Origin: Candidatus Poribacteria bacterium
Lineage (GTDB): Bacteria; Poribacteria; WGA-4E; WGA-3G
DNA length: 64,000 nt
Direction: 5' to 3'
Assembly (NCBI GenBank): GCA_965215265.1
Contig: OZ244048.1
Coordinates: 3,232,001 to 3,296,000, forward strand
Shown here piece after piece: positions 38,410 through 48,640 of this stretch. Made by a program: the position numbers and the translations under genes. Each line of letters opens with the position of its first letter. Positions within the stretch are counted from its first letter, which is position 1. The notes beneath the pieces are model-generated. The model was not told the DNA's origin, did no database searches, and saw only the letters and a list, made by a program, of their open reading frames with translations.

Positions 38410-39399
38410 ATGAAGATCGGTTTTTTTGTCAATACTACCAAAGAAAACGCAGCAGAGCTGGTTGCAGAATTAACCCGATGGTTAAAGCAGCAGGATGTTG
38501 TCTCGCTGCTTCCGGATGAACAAGCAGAAAAACTTGGCTTTGCCAAAACAGGGTTGAGTACCGCCGAAATCGTGGAACGTTCGGACGTGCTTTTGGTGCT
38601 TGGTGGAGATGGTACCTTGCTGAGTGCGGCACATACCCCACGGATTGAAAAGGTCCCGATTCTCGCGATGAATCTCGGGACGCTCGGTTTTTTGACGGAT
38701 GCCTCGCTTGACGAACTTTACCCGACGTTGAAAGCGACGTTGAATGGGGACTATCGGGTAGAGCATAGGATGATGTTAGAAGTCGTTGTGAACGGTGATT
38801 TTCAGGGCAATTCCACGAAGCTCAGAAGTCAAACCGCTAGCAGTTTACCGCCGATGGTTGGGGAGCAGGGCTTTGCGCATGCCGATGAAAAACCGTTTCA
38901 AGCGTTCGCCCTTAATGATGTTGTGCTCCGGCACTATACACATCTGATTGAATTAGAGGCGTACATTGATGGGGAGTTTTTTATTCCATATAACGCTGAT
39001 GGACTGATTATCGCGACACCGAGTGGCTCGACTGGGTACTCGCTGTCGTGTGGGGGTACAATTGTCGCGCCGCAGGTGAAGGCGATGCTGATGACTCCCA
39101 TTGCGCCCCATAGCCTCACAGTGCGTCCTTTCATCGCCCATAGCGACGCGGAGATTCACGTCAAAATGCGTGCAGCAGATGGAAATGTTGATGTCTTCGT
39201 TGATGGGCAGCGGGAAACACACGCTTTGGGCACGGAGGCAATCATACGTGTCAGGAAGGCTGAACGGACTATTCAGCTCATCCGTTCACAACACCATAGT
39301 TATTATGGAGTGCTACGCGAGAAGCTAATGTTGGGGGAAAGTAGAAAGGGAACCGGGAGATATCGCAAACCTTTGCCTAAGGAAATGAATTTTTTGTAA
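38410..39399 (+). CDS. nadK: NAD kinase
   Basis: 'LGGDGTLL', 'NLGTLGFL', 'ALND', 'DGLIIATPSGSTGYSLSCGG'; lies upstream of recN. Confidence 0.95.
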   Translation: MKIGFFVNTTKENAAELVAELTRWLKQQDVVSLLPDEQAEKLGFAKTGLSTAEIVERSDVLLVLGGDGTLLSAAHTPRIEKVPILAMNLGTLGFLTDASLDELYPTLKATLNGDYRVEHRMMLEVVVNGDFQGNSTKLRSQTASSLPPMVGEQGFAHADEKPFQAFALNDVVLRHYTHLIELEAYIDGEFFIPYNADGLIIATPSGSTGYSLSCGGTIVAPQVKAMLMTPIAPHSLTVRPFIAHSDAEIHVKMRAADGNVDVFVDGQRETHALGTEAIIRVRKAERTIQLIRSQHHSYYGVLREKLMLGESRKGTGRYRKPLPKEMNFL

Positions 39400-39416
39400 A
39401 GGGGAGCGCCATGAGA

Positions 39417-39631
39417 GCAGCTGCTTTGACAATGACTATACAAATCTCGTCAGAGGTTTTTTGTAGGTTGGCGTACCATAAAGGCAGCTGCTTTGATAGC
39501 AACTATACAAATCTCGTCAGAGGCTTTTTATGCCATTCCAGCGGGTGGCAGGTAAAAGGTAATCTTCTCTGTTCTTCAGGACAGACAAAGATACCTATCC
39601 TGCCACTTGTAGACAAATCTCGCTAGAGGCT
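39417..39631. repeat. Composite repeat cluster: degenerate 67-bp tandem unit, three 'acaaatctcg..agagg' motifs and an inverted copy of the palindromic element (39545-39606)
   Basis: gcagctgctttga..actatacaaatctcgtcagagg at 39417 and 39484; gtggcaggtaaaaggtaatc...gatacctatcctgccac. Confidence 0.8.
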
Positions 39632-39669
39632 TTTTGTGCCGTGGTTACTTCTTGTTGAGCGGTAAAAAA

Positions 39670-41568
39670 ATGATAGAAACTTTCTTACTCCGCAACATTG
39701 CGCTTATTGACGAACTTGCTTTGGAACTCTCACCGGGGTTAAATATTTTCACTGGTGAGACAGGTGCGGGTAAATCCGTCATCCTCAAATCGGTGGGGCT
39801 GGTATTAGGCGAACGCGCCACAGCTGACATCGTCCGCGAAGGAGCAGATGTTGCCACGGTGGAAGTGGCTGTTGCCCCGCCCCAACAGCCCCGGGTAGCT
39901 GCAGGGTACGAAGATAGCGAACATCGGACAACTCAAGGCGATGCGTTTGAAAATAGATACATAGAATTAGCTGATGAAGATAGCCTCATCCTTTCTCGAC
40001 AGATAAATGCGTCGGGTCGAAGCCGGGGCTGTATAAACGGACGCCTGGCGACCTTAAAACAGTTACAAGCATTGGGTACACAGCTCGTAGATATTCATGG
40101 GCAACATGAACATCAATCGCTATTTAAAACCGAAACGCATCTTAATCTCTTAGATGCGTTTGGCGGGTGTGGTGAACTGCGGAAACAGATTCACAAATTA
40201 TACGAACATAGACAGAGATTGCAACAAGAGATCTCCGAGTTGAGACGAGACTTGCAAACTACCGCTCGCGAGAAGGAGCGACTCGAATTTGAGTGTGCGG
40301 AATTGGAGGCGGCGACTCTTGAAGAAGGGGAAGAAGAGAAACTGATAGCTGAAGCGCGAAGACTCACCCACGCAGAGACGCTGTTTGAATCTGCAAATCA
40401 GGTGTATGGCTGTTTAGACAGTGGCGGGCATCACACGCTCAGCGTGATGGAGCTGTTAAAAAGCACGACAAAAACGCTTACGTCATTAAGTGATGTGGAT
40501 GCATCTTTGTCCACGTTGAATCAGCAGTTGGAGTCAGCAAGTTATGAAATAGAGGATGTTGCGTTACAAATCCGCCGATACGCCGATACCGTAGAACTCA
40601 ATCCGATACGTCTTGCTGAAGTCAACGACCGGTTAGAACAACTCTCAAAACTGAAGCGGCGCTACGGCAATTCTGTCTCGGAAATATTAGCATACCACGC
40701 TGAGGCATCGGAGCAGCTGCAACGTTTAAACCTCAGCACCGAAAAAATGGCCTCCCTCGACGTTGAGATGGACAAAGTGAACCAGGAGGCACAACAGCTG
40801 TGTGCTGCCTTGTCAGCCAAACGAAAACAGGTCGCGAAACGGCTGTCGAGCTTGATTGAAAAAGAATTAAGGATGCTCAGCATGGACAAGGCAAGATTCC
40901 GCGTGTCTGTCGTGCCGAAAGTTGACGGTACCGGTCCGCTTCTAATTGATGGGCAGCGCTATGCTTTCGGTGCCGATGGGATGGACAGTGTTGAATTTTT
41001 AATCGCCCCCAACGTCGGTTCTACACTCCGGCCTATAGCCAGCATTGCCTCCGGTGGAGAGATTTCACGCATCATGCTGGCTCTAAAAACCGTCCTCGTC
41101 CAAGTTGACAATATCCGCACGTTGATATTTGATGAAATTGATAGTGGAATTGGTGGGAAGGTTGCCGATGTCATAGGGCAAAAACTGAAGGAACTGTCTG
41201 CATCTTCACAGGTTATTTGTATTACACACCTGCCGCAGCTAGCGCGATTCGCAGATCAGCATTTTCGTGTAGAGAAAAAAATTGTTGGACATAGAACGTT
41301 GATTACGGCGAAGCCTCTAACAGAAGAGGAACGCGTCTACGAGATTGCGAGAATGCACGGGGGTGAAGAGACGGAAATCGGGCTCGCCCATGCACGAGAG
41401 ATGCTGTCTGAATCTACTCAACCTGTGGTGGCGGGGATAAGGTATTCTTCTCTCATGGCAGAGAAAGAAAACGAAGTTGAGGGTAAAGGGTATTCAGGTC
41501 TCTCCTCGCAGGAGAGACAAGAAAACCTATCCCTCAACCGAACCCCGCCATCCGAGTGCGCCGGGTAA
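39670..41568 (+). CDS. recN: DNA repair protein RecN with a repeat-derived C-terminal extension
   Basis: 'FTGETGAGKS', 'DIHGQHEHQ', 'ASGGEISRIMLALK', 'FDEIDSGIGG', 'QVICITHLPQLA'. Confidence 0.96.
   Translation: MIETFLLRNIALIDELALELSPGLNIFTGETGAGKSVILKSVGLVLGERATADIVREGADVATVEVAVAPPQQPRVAAGYEDSEHRTTQGDAFENRYIELADEDSLILSRQINASGRSRGCINGRLATLKQLQALGTQLVDIHGQHEHQSLFKTETHLNLLDAFGGCGELRKQIHKLYEHRQRLQQEISELRRDLQTTAREKERLEFECAELEAATLEEGEEEKLIAEARRLTHAETLFESANQVYGCLDSGGHHTLSVMELLKSTTKTLTSLSDVDASLSTLNQQLESASYEIEDVALQIRRYADTVELNPIRLAEVNDRLEQLSKLKRRYGNSVSEILAYHAEASEQLQRLNLSTEKMASLDVEMDKVNQEAQQLCAALSAKRKQVAKRLSSLIEKELRMLSMDKARFRVSVVPKVDGTGPLLIDGQRYAFGADGMDSVEFLIAPNVGSTLRPIASIASGGEISRIMLALKTVLVQVDNIRTLIFDEIDSGIGGKVADVIGQKLKELSASSQVICITHLPQLARFADQHFRVEKKIVGHRTLITAKPLTEEERVYEIARMHGGEETEIGLAHAREMLSESTQPVVAGIRYSSLMAEKENEVEGKGYSGLSSQERQENLSLNRTPPSECAG
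41428..41538 (+). repeat. Palindromic element copies inside the recN 3' end
   Basis: gtggcggggataaggtattc...; gttgagggtaaagggtattc..gtctctcc-tcgca-ggagagac..cctatccctcaac. Confidence 0.75.
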
Positions 41569-41634
41569 AATAAACGTAATTTTAACCGGCACGCTTGCTC
41601 TCTATTTTCCAACTAAAGGTAGGAGCACAAAACT

Positions 41635-44600
41635 ATGGATGAAAGGTTTACACAACCCAACGGCACTCATGTCTATACCGGTTGCGAATTGTTAGTCAAA
41701 GGTGCCTTAGAGAGCGGTGTTAGTCTATTTACAGGGTACCCTGGTTCTCCGTTGGCCGAGGTATTTGATGTCATTCAACGCAACGCTGAGCTCTTCAAAG
41801 CCAACGGCATTGTCGCGCAGATAGCGAATAACGAAGCGTTGAGTATTGCCCGATTAAACGGTTCGCAAATGGCTGAGCTCCGTGCAATCGCTTTTATGAA
41901 AAGTGTAGGCTTGCATGTCGCCTCCGATGCACTCGCAATCAGTAACCTTGCGGGTACAACCGGCGGTGCTGTTGTGGTTGTAGGTGATGATACTTGGGGA
42001 CATAGTACTCAGGTTCCGGCAGATTCTCGTTACCTTGCGCGCCATCTCTATATGCCACTTGTTGAGCCTGCAACCTTTCAGGAGCTCAAAGATTGGGTCA
42101 AGCCTGCTTTTCAGATATCGAACCGGGCGAATCTTTATGTCTGTTATTTAGTTACACAGAACCAAGCCGATGGTGGTGGTAACGTCGAGCTTCATCCGAA
42201 TTCCTATCCGGACCTGAATGAACAGAACCAAACTGTTCTTGATACGAGTCTGATTGATGCGGAGCGACGCGTCGTCTTACCCCCGGATACAGCACGGATT
42301 GAGGTGGAAACATTACAGCACCGTCTACCGACTGCGCTGGAAACCGCACGTACACTGAACCTGAACCAGATTTGCTATAAACGGGATACACCGTATCAAT
42401 TTGGCTTTGTTACCGCCGGGCTCGCCTATAGTTATTTGCTGCACGCCCTCGGTGAACTGAATCTAGTTGGGGAAGTTCCGATCCTCAAATTGGGCATGAC
42501 CCACCCAATTGACACAGACATCCTTCGCGAATTTGCATCACAAGTAGACGAACTGTACGTGGTTGAAGAAAAGCGTCCACTGCTTGAAAATGAGCTCAAG
42601 GCGACGCTGACACAGATGTATCAAACTGGGGATATCAAGCAATTTATTAAGGTATGGGGCAAGGAATTTCCTGCCGGTTTACCGGGGTTCCCCAAAGAAG
42701 CGGGTTTGGATACCTCGATTATCATTCAACGGCTTCTGCCGCTCTTTAAAAATTTGGCGGCTCCGGCTCAGAGCAGTTCTCTTTTAGGAAAAGCAGAGCG
42801 GCGCTCGGCAAGGCTACAGATTGAAGAGGTTCGCTTTTCCAATGAAGCCGTGCTCCAAGAGGAGGTCTCTGCCAAGCAGTTTGACATTCCGCAACGCACG
42901 CCGACCTTCTGCCCTGGGTGCCCACATCGCGATTCTGCGAGCGTTCTTCAAGAAATCACTGAGCAATTTATGGACGCGGCGTATATGAAGAAGCATCACA
43001 ATACGGGGCCGGTCGATTTAGTATTTCACGGGGATATAGGCTGCTATTCTATGCTAAAATACGAACCTTTTCCCCGTTTGATGCACAACCTCTCCGCGAT
43101 GGCATTAGGTGGCGGTGCGGGTGCAGGCATAGACCCGTTTATTACTAACAAGCAAGTGGTTTTCATGGGAGATTCGACCTTTTTTCACGGTGGCATATCC
43201 GCTATCTCTGACTCCATCAAAAACAACCAGGACATCGCTTACATCATTTTAGATAACCAAACGACTGCGATGACAGGGCATCAACCGACACCCGCTGTAG
43301 ATATAGACATTCTGGGCAATCCCACGTTTGCCCAAGACATTGAGAAGGTCGTGCAAGGGCTCGCTGGTAATGCCGAAATAGACATCGTGCGGACCAACCC
43401 AGAGGATAGGGTTCACTATAAAACGTATCTGGAAAAAGTATTACTCAAAGAAGGCGTAAAAATTGTGATTGCCGATAAAGAGTGTGCGATTACCTATCAG
43501 CGCCGTCTGCGGCAGGAGCAACAAAAAACAGTCGCTAAACAAGGGTTTTTAAAGCATGAAAGGCATATCAACATCACCTCTGAGGTCTGTGAATTCTGCT
43601 TAGAATGCACAACGTCTACAGGCTGTCCGGCCCTAAAAATCATCAACACAGACTATGGCGATAAAATAGAAATTGACACGTCTACCTGCGTCTCCGATGG
43701 TGCGTGCGCGCGGATTAAGTTTGCCTGCCCTTCCTTTGAAGAAGTGCTGATTACGCGCAAACGTCCGCCTCGCCGTTTGTCACCGCTGCTTCACAACGAT
43801 ACTTCAAATTTTGATGTGCTGTCAGAGAGGTTACCGCCGCCTCGGCTCCAAGATTTTGAGAGAACCTGGAGTGTTTATGCAGCGGGTGTAGGTGGCATGG
43901 GCATCGGCACCATCTCAAAAATCCTCGTGGTGGCAGGATATCTCCAAGGTTACGATGTTAACTTCTGTGATAGAAAAGGTTTGGCGATCCGGAATGGCGG
44001 TGTCTATACGCACGTGACTTACACCAAGTCGGGTGTTCACGCTGCGCCGATTATACCTTACGGCAAGGCGGATCTGCTCTTAGGGCTAGATATTTTAGAA
44101 ACAGTCCGCGGTATCAATGCAAGCTCCCTGTTCCGTGTTGCAAGTCGGACACGCACTGCTGCTGTTATCAATACTGCGAAAACGGAAACGATGTCAACGC
44201 TCATCGGAAAAGACACCTTTGAAACTGCGACGCTTGAAGCCGCTATCCGGGAGAGCACTAGGGCGGACGCTTATGTGGGCCTAGATGTCTTTGCTATTTC
44301 AGAGCGGAGTTTCGGTAACAAGGTTTATGCGAACATCATGCTTCTTGGTACTGCCTTCCAACGCGGGTTGATTCCGCTTGAATTAAAACCGATCCAACTT
44401 GCTCTTAAACAGATGGTGCGCCCCGCGGATTTAGAAACAAACCTCAATGCTTTTACACTCGGGCGGCAATTGGGCTTAGAAAGGGGGACACGGCACGAGC
44501 AGGTTTCTGTCAGCAACGCCACTTATACAGAAATGCTTACCTCAAAACGTGCGATTTTGGAAAAACAGCGAAGTGGGCGGCGTGGCAAAAATTTAGCACA

Positions 44601-45264
44601 GACTTATGAGACTCTTGTCCAAAATACGGTTGACGAACTTTGTATGGACGAGAACGTAAACCGCATTCTCGCCCTCTACATCTACGATATGATTCAGTTT
44701 GAGAATCTGCGTTACGCCCAGCGATACGTTGAAAAGATTAAAAACATTTACGAACACGATAGTCAAACACAAGCCTATCGCGCCACTAAAGCCGCTATCC
44801 GAGGACTCCACAAGGTTATGCTGATTAAGGACGAAGTCTACGTTTCACATCTCCTTACCAGTGAAGAGAAATTTGAGCGCGATAAACAACGATATCAGAT
44901 TGATGAATCTAACGGAGATCGAATAAAGTATCTGCATCTGAACCGTCCGCATTTTCGCGTTATGGGTTTTGAGATTGAGATGGACATTGATACGCGAAAT
45001 TGGCAACTCAACATAATGAAGCGGATGAAGTTTCTCAGGCGATGGCTTTCGCAGTGGCATGCCAAAGAGCGGGCGTTCCGCGAGTGGTACCTCACTCACG
45101 TTATTGATACCTTCGCGCCGACTGATGACAGTGCTTACGAAACCCATGTTCGCGCAATAGAAACTGTTGAGCTCGTTCGTGGCTATAGACAAATTCGTTA
45201 TCCGAAAATGGAGCAGGCGCAGCAGACGATTCAAAAACTGCTTAAACCGGATCAAGATGGCTAA
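41635..45264 (+). CDS. Single-chain indolepyruvate/2-oxoacid:ferredoxin oxidoreductase (fused alpha/beta, with TPP and ferredoxin domains)
   Basis: 'TGYPGSP', 'RTPTFCPGCPHR', 'GDIGC', 'GDSTFFHGG', 'LDNQTTAMTGHQP', 'CEFCLEC..C', 'GVGGMGI', 'KDEVYV'. Confidence 0.9.
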   Translation: MDERFTQPNGTHVYTGCELLVKGALESGVSLFTGYPGSPLAEVFDVIQRNAELFKANGIVAQIANNEALSIARLNGSQMAELRAIAFMKSVGLHVASDALAISNLAGTTGGAVVVVGDDTWGHSTQVPADSRYLARHLYMPLVEPATFQELKDWVKPAFQISNRANLYVCYLVTQNQADGGGNVELHPNSYPDLNEQNQTVLDTSLIDAERRVVLPPDTARIEVETLQHRLPTALETARTLNLNQICYKRDTPYQFGFVTAGLAYSYLLHALGELNLVGEVPILKLGMTHPIDTDILREFASQVDELYVVEEKRPLLENELKATLTQMYQTGDIKQFIKVWGKEFPAGLPGFPKEAGLDTSIIIQRLLPLFKNLAAPAQSSSLLGKAERRSARLQIEEVRFSNEAVLQEEVSAKQFDIPQRTPTFCPGCPHRDSASVLQEITEQFMDAAYMKKHHNTGPVDLVFHGDIGCYSMLKYEPFPRLMHNLSAMALGGGAGAGIDPFITNKQVVFMGDSTFFHGGISAISDSIKNNQDIAYIILDNQTTAMTGHQPTPAVDIDILGNPTFAQDIEKVVQGLAGNAEIDIVRTNPEDRVHYKTYLEKVLLKEGVKIVIADKECAITYQRRLRQEQQKTVAKQGFLKHERHINITSEVCEFCLECTTSTGCPALKIINTDYGDKIEIDTSTCVSDGACARIKFACPSFEEVLITRKRPPRRLSPLLHNDTSNFDVLSERLPPPRLQDFERTWSVYAAGVGGMGIGTISKILVVAGYLQGYDVNFCDRKGLAIRNGGVYTHVTYTKSGVHAAPIIPYGKADLLLGLDILETVRGINASSLFRVASRTRTAAVINTAKTETMSTLIGKDTFETATLEAAIRESTRADAYVGLDVFAISERSFGNKVYANIMLLGTAFQRGLIPLELKPIQLALKQMVRPADLETNLNAFTLGRQLGLERGTRHEQVSVSNATYTEMLTSKRAILEKQRSGRRGKNLAQTYETLVQNTVDELCMDENVNRILALYIYDMIQFENLRYAQRYVEKIKNIYEHDSQTQAYRATKAAIRGLHKVMLIKDEVYVSHLLTSEEKFERDKQRYQIDESNGDRIKYLHLNRPHFRVMGFEIEMDIDTRNWQLNIMKRMKFLRRWLSQWHAKERAFREWYLTHVIDTFAPTDDSAYETHVRAIETVELVRGYRQIRYPKMEQAQQTIQKLLKPDQDG

Positions 45265-45305
45265 TGTTGCTGTAAAAGCGAGTTTATGAGATGAGCGCGA
45301 TGGTA

Positions 45306-45441
45306 GTGGCAGGATAGGTATTCTTTGTCTCTCCTACAAGGAGAGACAAGTGGCGAGATAGGTATCTTTCTCTGTCCATAAGAGAAGATAACCTTTTGTT
45401 CGCCACCCATTGGGATTACCTTTTACCTGCCACCCACTGGG
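45306..45441 (+). repeat. Palindromic element, nested/tandem copies
   Basis: gtggcaggataggtattctttgtctctcc-tacaa-ggagagacaa, then gtggcgagataggtatc...tcgccac, then gattaccttttacctgccacccactggg. Confidence 0.8.
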
Positions 45442-45473
45442 CAGCAATCTCTAGTATGACTGCGTAGGAAAAA

Positions 45474-46382
45474 ATGGAAACTAATAGGACACGTACACAA
45501 GATATCCGCCCATACATCACCGGGCGTAGCCGTGTAGTCGGTGTAATCGGTTCCCCGGTTCAGCACAGCCGTTCGCCCCAAATGCACAACGCTGCGTTTG
45601 TTAAAGCTGGACTGGATTATGCCTATCTCCCATTTCACGTTCATCCTGCGGATATAGAGCAAGCGATTGCAGGATTTCAAGCGATAAACGTGGTTGGACT
45701 CAACGTCACTGTGCCACATAAACAGGCAGTTATCCCTTTTCTGACGAGTCTCTCGCGTGAAGCGGAACTTATTGGTGCTGTCAATACACTTATTTTTTCG
45801 GAGGGCACCATACACGGTGATAATACGGATGCCCGTGGATTTTTACACGCACTCGAAGAGGCTAGCAAGTCACCGATTAACAGTCCGGATGAAAGCAGTT
45901 TTATTAGAGGAGAACACATTGTGATCTTAGGTGCGGGTGGTTCTGCTCGCGCAGTTGTTGTTGCACTTGCGCTCGCCGGTGCCGCTTCGATTTTCATTGC
46001 CAACCGTACAGCTGCTAAAGCTATCGCCTTAGCAGACGAATTTCACCAAAAAACAGGCATCCCGATGTACGGCAGCGGACTCAACGATGGAAGATTGCCA
46101 AAGGCACTACACCAAAGTAGCCTACTCGTCAATACTGCAACTGCCAGCATGGATGCCTCACATCCGCTGCTTATTTCTGAAGAGTGGCTCCAGCCACACA
46201 CTTTCGTTTACGACATTGTCTATACTCCTCCTGTTACACCTCTGATGCACGCCGCTGTGAAACGTGGCTGCAAAACCCTGGGGGGGCTCGGAATGCTCGT
46301 CCATCAAGGTGCTATCGCCTTTGAAAAATGGACAGGTATCAGGCCTTGTATAGAGACAATGCGCCATGCACTTGAGTCATAA
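45474..46382 (+). CDS. aroE: Shikimate dehydrogenase
   Basis: 'HSRSPQMHN', 'NVTVPHK', 'GAVNT', 'GDNTD', 'GAGGSARA', 'NRT', 'DIVY', 'GMLVHQG'. Confidence 0.95.
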   Translation: METNRTRTQDIRPYITGRSRVVGVIGSPVQHSRSPQMHNAAFVKAGLDYAYLPFHVHPADIEQAIAGFQAINVVGLNVTVPHKQAVIPFLTSLSREAELIGAVNTLIFSEGTIHGDNTDARGFLHALEEASKSPINSPDESSFIRGEHIVILGAGGSARAVVVALALAGAASIFIANRTAAKAIALADEFHQKTGIPMYGSGLNDGRLPKALHQSSLLVNTATASMDASHPLLISEEWLQPHTFVYDIVYTPPVTPLMHAAVKRGCKTLGGLGMLVHQGAIAFEKWTGIRPCIETMRHALES

Positions 46383-46405
46383 TTTGAGGAGGTGCCGAAC
46401 AAAGC

Positions 46406-46687
46406 ATGCAAGAACAAGAAAATCAAGCCATTCGATTCGTCATTCTTGGAACGCCTTATTCTATCAAACCGAGTGATGATTTACCGCGTGAGGATATCCA
46501 CGAATTGATAGAATACGTTAAGGGCTTAGTTGAATCCTATACTCAAAAAGGTTTTGATGAACAAAAAATTCCGCTGCTCGTTGCTTTCCACGTTGCTGAT
46601 GAGATGCGGCGACTTCAACACTTTTATGAAGCCCCATTGCAGCAATTAGTGGATAAGTTACAGGGCGCAATTGAAGAAAAGGCTTAA
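46406..46687 (+). CDS. zapA: Cell division protein ZapA
   Basis: 93 aa; 'ILGTPYSIK', 'LIEYV', 'LLVAFHVADE' and a coiled-coil tail. Confidence 0.7.
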   Translation: MQEQENQAIRFVILGTPYSIKPSDDLPREDIHELIEYVKGLVESYTQKGFDEQKIPLLVAFHVADEMRRLQHFYEAPLQQLVDKLQGAIEEKA

Positions 46688-46916
46688 CTGAGCACGAGCG
46701 ATAGCGGTTTGAATGAAACTAACGATTGGATAAGTTTTTAAGTCTTCTCAAATTTTGTGCGAGGTTGATGTCCCGCCTTGCTCAGAGACTTTCGTTCTTT
46801 TTAAGTTAAGCGGAGATTCAACTTGGAATCGAAAGTAGAATAAAAAAAATGAAATTGTGTATGAAATTGTGGTATAATATTGACTTAATTTTAGATTTAC
46901 TCAGGGGGAGTTAATT

Positions 46917-48509
46917 TTGAAAACAAGGGTTCTCGTGCACCGAGGAATTAGTGTCTTAGCACAGCTAACGATTTTGATGTGTTTCGTTTCTTTTATTGTC
47001 ATACCTGCAACTGCCCAGGTGAGTTACCACGAACAGATTGTCCCTATTCTCAAGCGAAGCTGCCAAGGGTGCCATCACCCTGGCGATGCGAATGGCGATC
47101 TGATTGTCACAACATACGCTGAGCTCAAGCGGGGCGGAATGGCTGGCGAAGCCTTGATACCGGGAAAACCGGATGAAAGTCTAATCATCAAGCTTATTTC
47201 GGGCGATGAGCCCGCGATGCCACAGAACCAAGAACCACTGTCTACTGAAGAAGTGACTCTGTTCCGGCAGTGGATTCTGGAGGGCGCGAACGACGACACT
47301 CCCGCAGAAACTGATGCCCTGGATGAAGGGAACTATCCGGTATACACAGTGCCCCCCGTTATTTCTGCGATGGCGTATTCTCCAGATGGCAGCACGTTGG
47401 CGGTATCTGGGTTCCGCGAAGTTCTATTGTATGATACAGAAACTTTTGAAATCAGCGCACGATTGGTGGGAAAATCGCATCGTATTGAATCGCTTACCTA
47501 TACAACCGATGGAAAAATTTTAGGTGTCGCTGGCGGTTCGCCAGCACAATTCGGCGAAGTGCAATTGTGGGATACTGGAACGAATACGCTCATCAAGGCG
47601 ATGCGTTCGAGCTACGATACCATCTACGGGCTCTCTTTTTCTCCTGATGGGAGTCGAGTTGCATTCGGATGTGCAGACCAAACTGTCCGCGTTCTCTCCG
47701 TTGAAGATGAGACAGAGTTAATTAAATTTGACAATCATAGCGACTGGGTATTCGGGACTATTTTTTCTACCGATGGTTCGCATTTCGTCAGTTGTGGGCG
47801 CGATACAGCTTTAAAGTTGGTTGAAGTAGAAACCGGGTCGTTTGTGGATGATATCAATTCCAGCAATAAAGGGTATGGGGAAATTAATACGCTTGCACGG
47901 CATCCAGCCGCCGACCAGGTGCTAAGCGGAGGAGAGGATAGAATTCCGAGACTCTACAAGATTTTCCGGGAAATCCGGCGGGACGTTGGAAACACAGACT
48001 TCAATCTCATCAAAGCCTACGAAGCGCAATCCGGTTCAATTGAGGCAGTCGCATTCTCGGGAGACGGGAAAAGTTTTGCTGTTGGAAATGCGGCAGGTGA
48101 AGTGCGCGTTTATGATGTAGAAACTGGAACGCGATTATCAACTATGTCCGGGGACACCGTTGGTGTATTTGCAGTAACTTTTCATCCAGATGGTACAAAA
48201 GTCGCCGCCGGTGGTTTCGACGGGAAGATTCGTATCTTTGATGCCGCTACCGGGAAACTTGTCAAAGCCTTTATAGCCGTACCAATCGAAGCCTCAGCAA
48301 CCCAAGACATGGCTTTGACGGTAAGCGGGATGACGTGAGGGGCTTGTGTCGTTAAAGTGCAGGATGCACTCTCAAATCTCCAACACGTTATCAACGTTGA
48401 GGTTTCGCTGCCTGATAAGGCAGTGATTCAGGTTCGGAAGAACGCCATCACCGAAAATGAGCTGGCCAACGTCATTAAAGCAGCTGGGTTTAACGTGCCT
48501 AGGAAGTAG
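46917..48509 (+). CDS. Secreted planctomycete-type cytochrome c + WD40 beta-propeller + C-terminal HMA domain, with a predicted selenocysteine at TGA 48336-48338
   Basis: Signal peptide; CQGCH heme motif and 'PAMP' Met ligand; WD40 repeats. Read-through gives LTVSGMT-U-GACVVKVQDALSNLQHVINVEVSLPDKAVIQVRKNAITENELANVIKAAGF, ending at TAG 48507-48509 (530 aa). Confidence 0.85.
48356..48370 (+). promoter_or_regulatory. Putative bacterial SECIS hairpin
   Basis: AGTGCA-GGA-TGCACT perfect stem; the G-first apical loop lies 23 nt after the in-frame UGA. Confidence 0.65.
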
Positions 48510-48640
48510 AACGCATCATACTGTTTAAGTAAAAATTTAATACGGTATGGATTGCAGGGCACTAACGAAGATGCCCGGCGGAATTTACTGCTTTAATCAA
48601 GAAGGGGTGCTGCTTAAATAGACGACGAGGAGCTCGTAGA

